DNA from: Octopus bimaculoides | Taxonomy: Eukaryota | Reading direction: 5' to 3' | Assembly: GCF_001194135.2 (NCBI RefSeq) | Contig: NC_068989.1 | Span: 77,130,814 to 77,172,873, forward strand | Length of the DNA: 42,060 nt | Shown here: piece after piece, positions 1 through 10,770 of the stretch | How the letters are laid out: every line of letters starts with the position of its first letter | Numbering within the stretch: position 1 is the first letter of the stretch | Notes under the pieces: generated by a model | What the model saw: the letters and a program-made list of their open reading frames with translations, nothing else | What the model was told of the DNA's origin: nothing | Databases searched by the model: none | Position numbers and translations under genes: made by a program

Positions 1-66
1 TATATATATATATATATATATAATGAGGCACGCACAGACACACACGCACACATACACACACACACA

Positions 67-114
<48 letters not shown>

Positions 115-118
115 AATA
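1..118. repeat. (TA)n and (CA)n microsatellites
   Basis: Read directly. Confidence 0.95.
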
Positions 119-1442
119 TACGGGTGTGTTCATATATGTATGGATATATCTACATATATGTATACACGACACCCAAAGGAGTGATTTTTACCTTTCATTG
201 GTCTACCATTTGCCATAATGTCATCTGTGCTCAAGAAATTTCCCGAATTTTCACGCTAAATTGACAAAACATGCCAGATGATTTTTGTAGCATTATTTTC
301 TCGTTAATTAATACCAAATTTCCATCGGATATCCTAAACGAGTAAATTTCTCACATTTGCTTGACTTTTAGATACCCCTTATTGCAGGCGAAATCCTTGA
401 TTTCAGTAATGTGCAAGCCATATAAAGGCAGAGAAGTACAAGTGATATCTATTATGGTGATTTCTTATAAATATAACAGTAAAAAAGTTTATATAAATTA
501 ATATATTGATGAAAACTTGTTTCAGGTTGTTAGTGTCTATGGAATTTCTTCTGAAGTTTCTGCAATATATGAGACTTTGGGTCACGGCCTTATATTAAAT
601 AGAACAACCCTTTACTGATTATCAATTTTTCCGACAACTAGGCAACGAGTTACTGTGAGTTAAGTGAGTTTTCCTATTTATTTAATTATATGTCACGAAA
701 ATCAACATAGAAATCCAGGAAGATTTATCATTAATTTAAGCTAACAAATTCCTCTAAATATCGGAAGTCTTTATTTAATTTAGTAATCATGTAAACATTG
801 AAAAAGAAAAAAAAAAAGAAACCTTTTATAATAATTTTTTGTTTGTTTTTGATGTATTTCATTTGGCACAGAAATTAAAAGCCGTTACCAACACCCAAAA
901 CAAACCATAAACACCACTGGCAGTTTTTTTCATAAATGAATATGAATGTCAAGTTTCTGATATATAAAGTGAATATTGGATACTTAGCCAAATTTAAATC
1001 TAAAAATAACAGCGATGATAGTAGTAAATGAGGTTTATGCCACCCATAGAATCTTTTCTTAAACGCTTGGAAGATTGCCAATAGATATCCAAAAGTTTCA
1101 GCGATGTATTGATGGAATAATTGAATGAGAAATAAGCAAACACAAATTAACCTTCCAGTGAGAGAGATAAATTTGTCAAATTGAAAAATGTAGCATGCTG
1201 CAATAATCTATTTTCGTTCAGTACCAACGTTTCTGCTTATATAGGTCTTACTTTAAATGCATCATTTCTATGTTCTAAACATTTAGACTACCCGTACGTC
1301 TGCACAAATCGCGTTTATTAAGGAGGGCTGGGTTAGATTTTTACAAGTCCGAAAATCTCAGAGCGGAAGGTATGGGAATAACAAGTACTCATTCTTGTGC
1401 ACTTGATGCTAACGCAGACATTTATAAGGGCAAGTGCACATA

Positions 1443-2100
1443 GGCGCAGGAGTGGCTGTGTGGTAATTAGCTTGCTTAAAGGCGGGAAGATGGCTGAATC
1501 GTTAGCACGCCGGGCGAAATGCTTAGCGGTATTTCATCTGCTGTTACGTTCTGAGTTCAAATTCCGCCGAGGTCGACTTTGCCTTTCATTCTTTCGGGGT
1601 CGATAAATTAAGTACCAGTTACGCACTGGGGTCGATGTAATCGACATAATACCTTTGTCTGTCCTTGTTTGTCCCCACTTTCTTTAGCCCCTTGTGGGCA
1701 ATAACGAAATAAGTAGCTTGCTTACCAACCACATGGTTCCGGGTTCAGTCCCACTGCGTGGCACCTTGGGCAAGTGTCTTCTACTATAGCCTCGGGCCAA
1801 CCAAAGCCTTGTGAGTGGATTTGGTAAACGGAAACTGAAAGAAGCCCGTCGTATATATGTATATATATATATATATATATACATGTGTGTATGTGTGTTT
1901 GTGTGTCTGTGTTTGTCCCCCCACCATCACTTAACAACCGATGCTGGTGTGTTTACGTCCCCGTAACTTAGCGGTTCGGCAAAAAGAGACCGATAGAATA
2001 AGTACTAGGCTTACAAAGAATAAGTCCTGGGGTCGATTTGCTCGACTAAAGGCGGTGCTCCAGCATGGCCGCATTCAAATGACTGAAACAAGTAAAGAGG
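1443..2100 (+). mobile_element. tRNA-derived SINE family A (CORE-like head, internal microsatellite), interrupted by a nested SINE
   Basis: A-box-like GGCTGTGTGGTAA and B-box-like GGTTCAGTCCC, followed by ACCTTGGGCAAGT (as in the MIR/CORE domain start). Internal (TA)n(TG)n at about 1850-1910 and 3' end GGCGGTGCTCCAGCATGGCCGC...GAAACAAGTAAAG. Homologous copies at 15581, 33489 and 37141. Confidence 0.85.
1479..1709 (+). mobile_element. tRNA-derived SINE family B (Meta-domain-like), young copy nested in family A
   Basis: Head GGCGGGAAGATGGCTGAATCGTTAG and B-box GAGTTCAAATTCC. Central GTCGACTTTGCCTTTCATTCTTTCGGGGTCGATAAATTAAGTACC resembles the MetaSINE/Sauria central domain (from memory). Flanked by a 15-bp TSD with one mismatch (1464-1478 / 1710-1724). 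Confidence 0.85.
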
Positions 2101-2264
2101 AAAAAAAAATAAAGTCGAATCATAGTTTTCCGTTCCGCTTCTCTGTCTCCCTCAATTTCTCTATTCCTCTCCCCACGCTACATCTCCTTTCCACCTTTCT
2201 ACAATGCCAGGTATATTCAAAGGTGCAATTTTACTGTGATGCAGAGTCACAATATATATACTCT

Positions 2265-2328
2265 TTTTATCTTTTATTCTAGTACATGTTTCGGCCTTAA
2301 GGCTGATGCAATGCTAGAACACCGCCAT
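2265..2328 (-). mobile_element. SINE 3' tail fragment related to family A
   Basis: Reverse complement GGCGGTGTTCTAGCATTG...GCCGAAACATGTACTAGAATAAAAGA parallels the family A tail GGCGGTGCTCCAGCATGG...GAAACAAGTAAAG. Confidence 0.5.
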
Positions 2329-3586
2329 GTATGTATGTTTGTATGTATGCATCTATAATTATTCATACATTTATATATATACCTGCAATATATTCTTAAA
2401 AGTTCATATATAAGAATATATGGAATATATAAGAGTGCATATATAAGAATAATCTTGGCATGGGCATATATGTGTATGAGAATATAAGCATCTGCGAATA
2501 AGCAATTAAAAAATATCCACTTAAAATCTAATTTTTCATTTGTAGATGTATTAACAAGGTTGCTCAACAGTTGCTAGACTCACCATGCCCTACATTTTGG
2601 TAGTGTTCAGAGAATGTTGAAAGGACTGTCTACTGCAGCAAAGCAATATGTCCATATAAATATTATTATCCTTGTAGTCTAGCAACAATGAAAGTTTTAT
2701 TTTATATATGAAGGTAAATATGTATTTTATTCACAAATAACTGCATACAAGCCAAGACATGCATGTAAATTCAGCCATAGACACTGACACATTTATTTGG
2801 ACACACATGCGGATAGGTATATATATATATATATATATATATATNNNNNNNNNNNNNNNNNNNNNNNNNNNNNNNNNNNNNNNNNNNNNNNNNNNNNNNN
2901 NNNNNNNNNNNNNNNNNNNNNNNNNNNNNNNNNNNNNNNNNNNNNNNNNNNNNNNNNNNNNNNNNNNNNNNNNNNNNNNNNNNNNNNNNNNNNNNNNNNN
3001 NNNNNNNNNNNNNNNNNNNNNNNNNNNNNNNNNNNNNNNNNNNNNNNNNNNNNNNNNNNNNNNNNNNNNNNNNNNNNNNNNNNNNNNNNNNNNNNNNNNN
3101 NNNNNNNNNNNNNNNNNNNNNNNNNNNNNNNNNNNNNNNNNNNNNNNNNNNNNNNNNNNNNNNNNNNNNNNNNNNNNNNNNNNNNNNNNNNNNNNNNNNN
3201 NNNNNNNNNNNNNNNNNNNNNNNNNNNNNNNNNNNNNNNNNNNNNNNNNNNNNNNNNNNNNNNNNNNNNNNNNNNNNNNNNNNNNNNNNNNNNNNNNNNN
3301 NNNNNNNNNNNNNNNNNNNNNNNNNNNNNNNNNNNNNNNNNNNNNNNNNNNNNNNNNNNNNNNNNNNNNNNNNNNNNNNNNNNNNNNNNNNNNNNNNNNN
3401 NNNNNNNNNNNNNNNNNNNNNNNNNNNNNNNNNNNNNNNNNNGAATCGAAACGACGTGTACAGAAATGAAATAACGTCATTGTCGGTACCCGCCTCCCCA
3501 CCAAAAGAATATGTAATCCCAACGAAAAATTACTGCGTTAATAAATCATGATACATAACATTATCTGGAACAGACTGATTATCATA

Positions 3587-3799
3587 GAGGGTGTCCACAA
3601 AGTCTGGGTACATTGGGGATTAAGACATACTTTAAGAAATTTTTATTTCTTATATTTAATTGTATATGTTATGATCTTATTTACTCCATGTACCCACATG
3701 GGGATTAACACATACTTTAAGAAATTATTGTTTCTTACATTTAATTGTTTATGTTATGATTTTATATACTCCATGTACCCAGACTTTGTGGACACCCTG
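3587..3799. mobile_element. Tc1/mariner-type MITE with internal tandem duplication
   Basis: Perfect 26-bp TIR AGGGTGTCCACAAAGTCTGGGTACAT (3588-3613) and its reverse complement (3773-3798). TA on the left (3585-3586). The interior is two diverged 85-86-bp units (3610-3695, 3696-3780). Confidence 0.85.
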
Positions 3800-5503
3800 T
3801 TTATGTCTTCGGCAGCGTCGACTAAGCACCTAACGTTATATTACGCTGTCAGACCCCAGCATGGCAGTAACATATATAATCAGAATATAATTTCTTGGTC
3901 TGAATGCAGCCATACTAAATTTCTGTTGCAATAGTATGTATTTTCAAAATATGAGTAGAAAATACCAACGTGTACTTGATTTACACAAAGTATATGGAGG
4001 TTACATGTGTGCATTCGACACTGAATATGTAGCAGAGATCATATGTAGCTTCAGAAAATGGAATAAGAATACTATCAACCTATGAGACATGAGACAGTTG
4101 TCAAATGTCTATGTGATATTATTCATTCAAAGGGTAGTGCTTAGGATTAAATATGAGAAATTAGAGTGAAGTAGTGGGCAGCACACACATGAAAGGAAAG
4201 AATACTTTTGAAATGTATCTGTGAAAACCATATATCAGACCAGACGTAATGGTTAGGACAGAAAAACATAGTGTGCACAACAATAGAAACTAATTGTTGC
4301 AAAGAGGTCTTCATTGTGTTAAAAGGAAAATTAAATATCTATGACGGGCTAATTAGAAATCTGTAGATGCATCTCAGTGATTATAACTTTAGATTTAGAC
4401 CTATGTAAACTGCAGTGATTGTTTATGCAGCTAACTGCCTCAGCAGCAGTTTTGCTTCTGCATAGCTAATTAAGAAACCACAATTATAAGCCATTAATGG
4501 AAATGTGGAAATTTGTATAACATGTCAGAAATTTATCCAGTAGCAAGTATGTATACATGTATTTCGATATACATGGATAGCTATATGCACACGTAAGTGA
4601 AGACATACAAAACTACATTTTCAAATACATTCATACATTCACAAACTTACGTACATGCGTAGATCTGTTTGTTATATGAGTACATATATACATACATANN
4701 NNNNNNNNNNNNNNNNNNNNNNNNNNNNNNNNNNNNNNNNNNNNNNNNNNNNNNNNNNNNNNNNNNNNNNNNNNNNNNNNNNNNNNNNNNNNNNNNNNNN
4801 NNNNNNNNNNNNNNNNNNNNNNNNNNNNNNNNNNNNNNNNNNNNNNNNNNNNNNNNNNNNNNNNNNNNNNNNNNNNNNNNNNNNNNNNNNNNNNNNNNNN
4901 NNNNNNNNNNNNNNNNNNNNNNNNNNNNNNNNNNNNNNNNNNNNNNNNNNNNNNNNNNNNNNNNNNNNNNNNNNNNNNNNNNNNNNNNNNNNNNNNNNNN
5001 NNNNNNNNNNNNNNNNNNNNNNNNNNNNNNNNNNNNNNNNNNNNNNNNNNNNNNNNNNNNNNNNNNNNNNNNNNNNNNNNNNNNNNNNNNNNNNNNNNNN
5101 NNNNNNNNNNNNNNNNNNNNNNNNNNNNNNNNNNNNNNNNNNNNNNNNNNNNNNNNNNNNNNNNNNNNNNNNNNNNNNNNNNNNNNNNNNNNNNNNNNNN
5201 NNNNNNNNNNNNNNNNNNNNNNNNNNNNNNNNNNNNNNNNNNNNNNNNNNNNNNNNNNNNNNNNNNNNNNNNNNNNNNNNNNNNNNNNNNNNNNNNNNNN
5301 NNNNNNNNNNNNNNNNNNNNNNNNNNNNNNNNNNNNNNNNNNNNNNNNNNNNNNNNNNNNNNNNNNNNNNNNNNNNNNNNNNNNNNNNNNNNNNNNNNNN
5401 NNNNNNNNNNNNNNNNNNNNNNNNNNNNNNNNNNNNNNNNNNNNNNNNNNNNNNNNNNNNNNNNNNNNNNNNNNNNNNNNNNNNNNNNNNNNNNNNNNNN
5501 NNN

Positions 5504-5568
<65 letters not shown>

Positions 5569-5951
5569 CTCGTGTATAGGTAGCTGAATGAGATCATCCT
5601 GAGATCGACTGAGTTGTATATTTCTTATGCATAAATTCATGATAGAACATAATAAATAGCATTTCTTAGAATATTTCTTGACTCATTTAAACATGGGTGC
5701 ATGCATATCAATTCACTTAAGATAAATATCGAGATGAATAGATGTGAATAAAATGACAATCTGATATACACGGGTGTAGAAAATGAGTATACACATACAC
5801 ATGTATTATCAGTTCTACATCTTTTTCAGACACACATATACTCGCACGCAGGCACGCACAAATTTAAATATTTATGTAAGTATATGCGTATGTCTATTGC
5901 TGAGTATGTATTAATCAGTATATAAGTATACGACTACCTTTTTTCTTTGCT

Positions 5952-5955
<4 letters not shown>

Positions 5956-6030
<75 letters not shown>
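5956..6030. repeat. (TA)n microsatellite
   Basis: About 37 uninterrupted units. Confidence 0.95.
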
Positions 6031-6033
<3 letters not shown>

Positions 6034-6169
6034 CAGACAAAAACGTAATAACCAGGAGACGTCATGATTACGATGAAGTAAAACCCAACCTAATATAACA
6101 GCAGCAACGTTGACGATCGCAACGATCGATCAGTGCCGCCGCTAATGGTAACAAGAGAACAAGCAACAC

Positions 6170-6530
6170 CTTCAGTATCACTGGCATCATCACCTTCAAC
6201 TAATTTCTATTAAAGTAAACATCGCTACCACTAGCAAAATGAATATCACCAACACTCTCACCACCAGCAATGCTACCACCATGAACAAAATTGTCACTAC
6301 TAACAAAAACAGCATTCTAACCACATCAATCACAACAATTTTCAGTAGAAACAGTGTCACTATCATCACCAGCACCACCACCATACACAGAGCTAACATC
6401 ACTACATCGAACACTTCCTTTGTTTCCTCAGCTACCAGTATGACAAGCACGACTGCAATTATTACTATCATCTTCATCACAATCGCCACATGCACTACAA
6501 CGACCATCGACACCGACATCAACACCAGCC
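6170..6530. repeat. Cryptic, decayed trinucleotide low-complexity tract (ACC/ATC/ACT/AAC)
   Basis: Period-3 A/C-rich sequence giving Thr-rich and Val-rich pseudo-ORFs. Confidence 0.7.
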
Positions 6531-7128
6531 TTACTTTTGTCTGGCTATCAAATAAATTCGTTTGTAATATTTCATAAACACATCATTTATTTTTCGAAAT
6601 GAAACATTTATTTCCATGAAAAAACAATAGAACATATATGAATATGATTGAGTATTTTTATTGAATATATATATATATAAATATATNNNNNNNNNNNNNN
6701 NNNNNNNNNNNNNNNNNNNNNNNNNNNNNNNNNNNNNNNNNNNNNNNNNNNNNNNNNNNNNNNNNNNNNNNNNNNNNNNNNNNNNNNNNNNNNNNNNNNN
6801 NNNNNNNNNNNNNNNNNNNNNNNNNNNNNNNNNNNNNNNNNNNNNNNNNNNNNNNNNNNNNNNNNNNNNNNNNNNNNNNNNNNNNNNNNNNNNNNNNNNN
6901 NNNNNNNNNNNNNNNNNNNNNNNNNNNNNNNNNNNNNNNNNNNNNNNNNNNNNNNNNNNNNNNNNNNNNNNNNNNNNNNNNNNNNNNNNNNNNNNNNNNN
7001 NNNNNNNNNNNNNNNNNNNNNNNNNNNNNNNNNNNNNNNNNNNNNNNNNNNNNNNNNNNNNNNNNNNNNNNNNNNNNNNNNNNNNNNNNNNTATATATAT
7101 ATATATATGTGACTGCTTGTGCGTGTGT

Positions 7129-7167
<39 letters not shown>

Positions 7168-7339
7168 TATCTTTGTGAGCGCGTGTGCGCATGTGTACGT
7201 GTGTATGTGTCTCAATACTAAAATACAAGAAACCGACATGATTAATTACTGAGTCATACAATAAAGGGAGCGTTGTTAATACTTATCGTTGTCTATGGAA
7301 CAAATTCTATCTGTTTTGTCGTCTTGAATATACAGTGAT

Positions 7340-7505
7340 AGTACGCTGAATTTCCAAATTCGAAAGAGCATAGCAAAAAAAGGCCTCGGGATCAATTGTG
7401 CCTTTCAGATTTTCGGAGGCGATAATACAACAACGTCTCAAGACTGGGGTGGATGATATCAACTACCACCTTCCCTCAAAAGCTTTGGCCTTTTGCTTGA
7501 ATAAA
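7340..7505 (+). mobile_element. Degenerate SINE family B copy
   Basis: GGATCAATTGTGCCTTTCAGATTTTCGGAGGCGATAAT...GACTGGGGTGGATGATATCAACT...TTTGGCCTTTTGCTTG aligns by eye with the family B central domain and tail. Confidence 0.5.
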
Positions 7506-8084
7506 AGCCTATCAAGCTATGGGGAAAAGATTGTCAGAACCTTACGATACGTCAGAAGACTTCATCAATAATCTGAACAGTTTTTATATTTTTATTTTAC
7601 CTATACGCACGTTTTTTACCCTTCCTTAATTAGTTACTTTCTTTTTCGAGGTGAGTTCAAATGTCACTTTCTGACGTCGTTGAAATATATCATCTAAATT
7701 CATAATAGCTATGACCAACTTTTTTCTTTTTGAATTTCTCCGTCCTTCTGTTAATGTGTATAAAAGTAAATGAGCCAGGCTTGAGGTTTATATGCCACCC
7801 TAAAAGATATGATTCTGAAAAAAAGATATATATGAGAAAACTTCTTGTTATATCTCAGTGACTTCTTTTGTTGGGATCATTGAATTTACATGTTAAGCGG
7901 GAGAGAATAACATAAGAGACCCTCGTCTAGAATATCTATAGTAAAGCGCAATTAATACCAGAGTAGCTTGCGTTGTCCATGTGCAAGCAATACGATTACA
8001 TATTATATATAGACACACTAAAAAAACGGGGTAACGAATTGGGAAAGTTCGCTCACGATCATTACGTCATTTGTTAGCTTCTTG

Positions 8085-8160
8085 GACCGGATGGCATGGT
8101 GTATCATTGAACAAAGAACATTATTTCACGTTAGTCCAGTCCATATTTTTAAATGAGTAT
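8085..8160 (+). mobile_element. Degenerate SINE fragment (family C, shared with 14690-14830)
   Basis: TGTATCATTGAACAAAGAACATTATTTCACGTTAGTCCAGTCC resembles the reverse complement of the 14770-14800 segment (CTCTTCAGCAAAACACTTCATCTCACGTTGC). Confidence 0.35.
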
Positions 8161-8839
8161 GAGTAAGGATAATAGTAAAATTAAGCTAACAAGGACCTGG
8201 CTTCCTTTTCAGGGAAGGCTATTGTACACTGAATCAACTAAACGCCATTGATTTCAGGACAACACCCGGCATAATAGGACAGTAGATGACATTTTAAAAA
8301 TATATAGATACATATAAAAACATACCGGTATAAATACACACACCCATATATACAACGACGCAGGTGTGTGTATGTATATTTGTACACAAACGTGCGCACA
8401 CATTAAAAATATGTGTATGTATGTTTGTATATATGAGCGTATATTTGTGTAATATTGCGTGTAATGATAGAGTAAGTCATATATTAATAGACTGCAATAT
8501 AAAATTATAAAGCTCTTGAGATAACCAGAGTGATAAATAAATAGTTGAATGGGTAAATGTGGCATATGCGCAAAGTAAATAGTAGTCATAGATGTATAAA
8601 CATTGTTTTAGTAAGCTAAAATGTACTTCACCATGGTAACAAATACTAAAACAGAAATAGACAGTTTAATGGCATACCAAGTGATGTGTTTTTTTCTTTA
8701 ACGTTTTCTCTTGTACTTGTCTCCTTTGTGTTTTGCATTAATGTACCAATCTTAATAGATAAACAATGGATAGACGCTTTCAAACAAGAAATAGTCTCTG
8801 AGAAGCATAAATAAATTTAATATCAAACAACGGCAGCAG

Positions 8840-9028
8840 CATTGAAGATGATGATACTAATGGTGATGATGATGGGGATGATGATGTTAATGGTGATGAC
8901 TACGATGTTATTAATGGCAACGACGGTTAGGGTTATAGACGATAGTGATGAAAATAATGATAATGATGAAAATGCTGACAACAGCAATAACACCAACATC
9001 AAATCGCAACAACAAGCAACTTGAAACG

Positions 9029-9086
<58 letters not shown>

Positions 9087-9310
9087 GAATAAATGTCCTA
9101 ATGAGAATAGCAGACTTTAATAATATAAACGTAAGTGGCGGAAGGAATTTCAGAAAATTATTATTATATTTATTATTATTATTATTATTATTAATATTAT
9201 TATTGTTATTATTAATATAATAATTATTATTATGGTTGTTGGTGTTGTTGTCGTTGATGTTGTTGTTCTTGAGTTTAGTTGTAGTAGTCATTGTTGCCGA
9301 AGCTCTAGTA
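8840..9310. repeat. Compound trinucleotide region (GAT)n/(AAC)n/(ATT)n/(GTT)n/(GTA)n
   Basis: Pure (ATT)n at about 9029-9086, with flanking degenerate triplet runs. Confidence 0.85.
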
Positions 9311-10444
9311 GTAGTTGTATTTTATTTTATGTTATTTTTATGAAAACTTTCATTCTAAATGAGACGTTTTGTCGGTTTTGTCCCTCATGAAGTCTTCTTA
9401 GTAAATTCTTTTTTTCTTTTTTTCTTTTTTTTCTTTTTACAACTCGCTTTTTTTTTCTCTATCATGATACATGATTTACTATTTTGGCGGCTTCTCTTAA
9501 CCTTTATTTTCTGTGTACGTAAAAGTAATTGATTTTAATTAAATTTACTCGCAGGAAAACATTTAACTTTCTGTTGCTGCAAGCCACTTAATGAAAGCCA
9601 AGTACTCAGCAGCGCATTGTACTTGTGTCGGCTATTGCTATGTAAATAAATAGAACCTTTGCCTCACATACAAAGGTCAATGATTGGCCTGATCAGATAT
9701 TTGAATTGTTTTATTCATTATCGAGCTACCGACCACTATTTCACTTCAGCCCCAAATTTCAAATTATTTTCTGCAACATCATCCATTGTATTTAATTTCC
9801 TTTTTGTTCATGCCGCAGAACGTCTCTGGGGGGGTTTATTTCTTTTATGCTACAAATCTTACAACGTGGCGCGGTTTGTGAAGCAAAAATACGTATTCAA
9901 TAAAGCAATTAGAAGTTGTTGCCACAATCAATGTATTTAGCTTAATCAGGAATTCAGTTCCTCTACGTATGTGCAACGAAATTAATCCGATTTTCTATGA
10001 ATTGATCTATTATTTACAAATCCAAACTTCGTGCTGCTGCTTGTCCAACACCGTTTCTGATAGAATTCTTCTTGTAGCTATATATTGCCATTTATTCTTA
10101 TTTCTTTTTAATAAGCAAAGGAGGGACATAGCGTAGTTAATCCCTTTACCAGAAAGATAAGGAATATACTTGAACTTACTTCAAACGAGATCCGTAGGTA
10201 GCTCGTGGTTTCGATAACTTGAAAGTCACCACTTACCAACAACACCGTGGCATAATAAAGGCCTTAATCTGTCAAGTGTGAGCTTAGCTAGAAGATGTAA
10301 TATCCATGGTAATTCATCTTTTAAGACATGCATGTGAATTATATGAGGGGGTTATTAAATGCAAAGTCTGAGCATATCTTAGTTATATTCACACATCACT
10401 CTGATCGTCCCTATAGAAAATAGTGAATAAACATTGCTTTCAAA

Positions 10445-10616
10445 TTTTTGGCGCAACGATTTCGTGGTAAATCTATTACTTCAGTCCCACAACCCAAATG
10501 GTACTAAATTTATGAAGTCCGAAATAATGCAAGACAAAATTAGCCTCACCGGAATTTGAAGACAGAACGTAAAGAGTTTGTCCGCCGCGCTTACGATTCT
10601 GCCAGCTCACCGCCCT
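10445..10616 (-). mobile_element. SINE family B copy
   Basis: Reverse complement starts GGCGGTGAGCTGGCAGAATCGTAAG, then TTTACGTTCTGTCTTCAAATTCCGG and a decayed central domain. Confidence 0.7.
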
Positions 10617-10639
10617 CACAGAAAATAGATATTGGCTTC

Positions 10640-10770
10640 TAGTTTTAGAACAATACCAACATCGACCTCAGTTCTCAACTGGTAGTTATTTTGTTGACAC
10701 TGAAAGGACAAATGTCAAAGTCGAACTCAGAACGTAAAGGTGGAAGTTTGCTCTACCTGCTCGCCGCCCT
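10640..10770 (-). mobile_element. SINE family B copy, internally deleted
   Basis: Reverse complement has a GGCGGCGAGCAGG head, TTTACGTTCTGAGTTCGACTTTGAC, CCTTTCAGTGTCAACAAAATAACTACCAGTT and GGTCGATG. Confidence 0.65.

Noticed and set aside
3940-4400. Possible decayed mariner N-terminus
   Set aside because: Only vague similarity, with no diagnostic motif in any frame.
6196-6577. 112-aa Thr-rich (mucin-like) ORF and antisense Val-rich ORF
   Set aside because: Decayed trinucleotide repeat lacking stops by composition. No convincing splice context or signal peptide.
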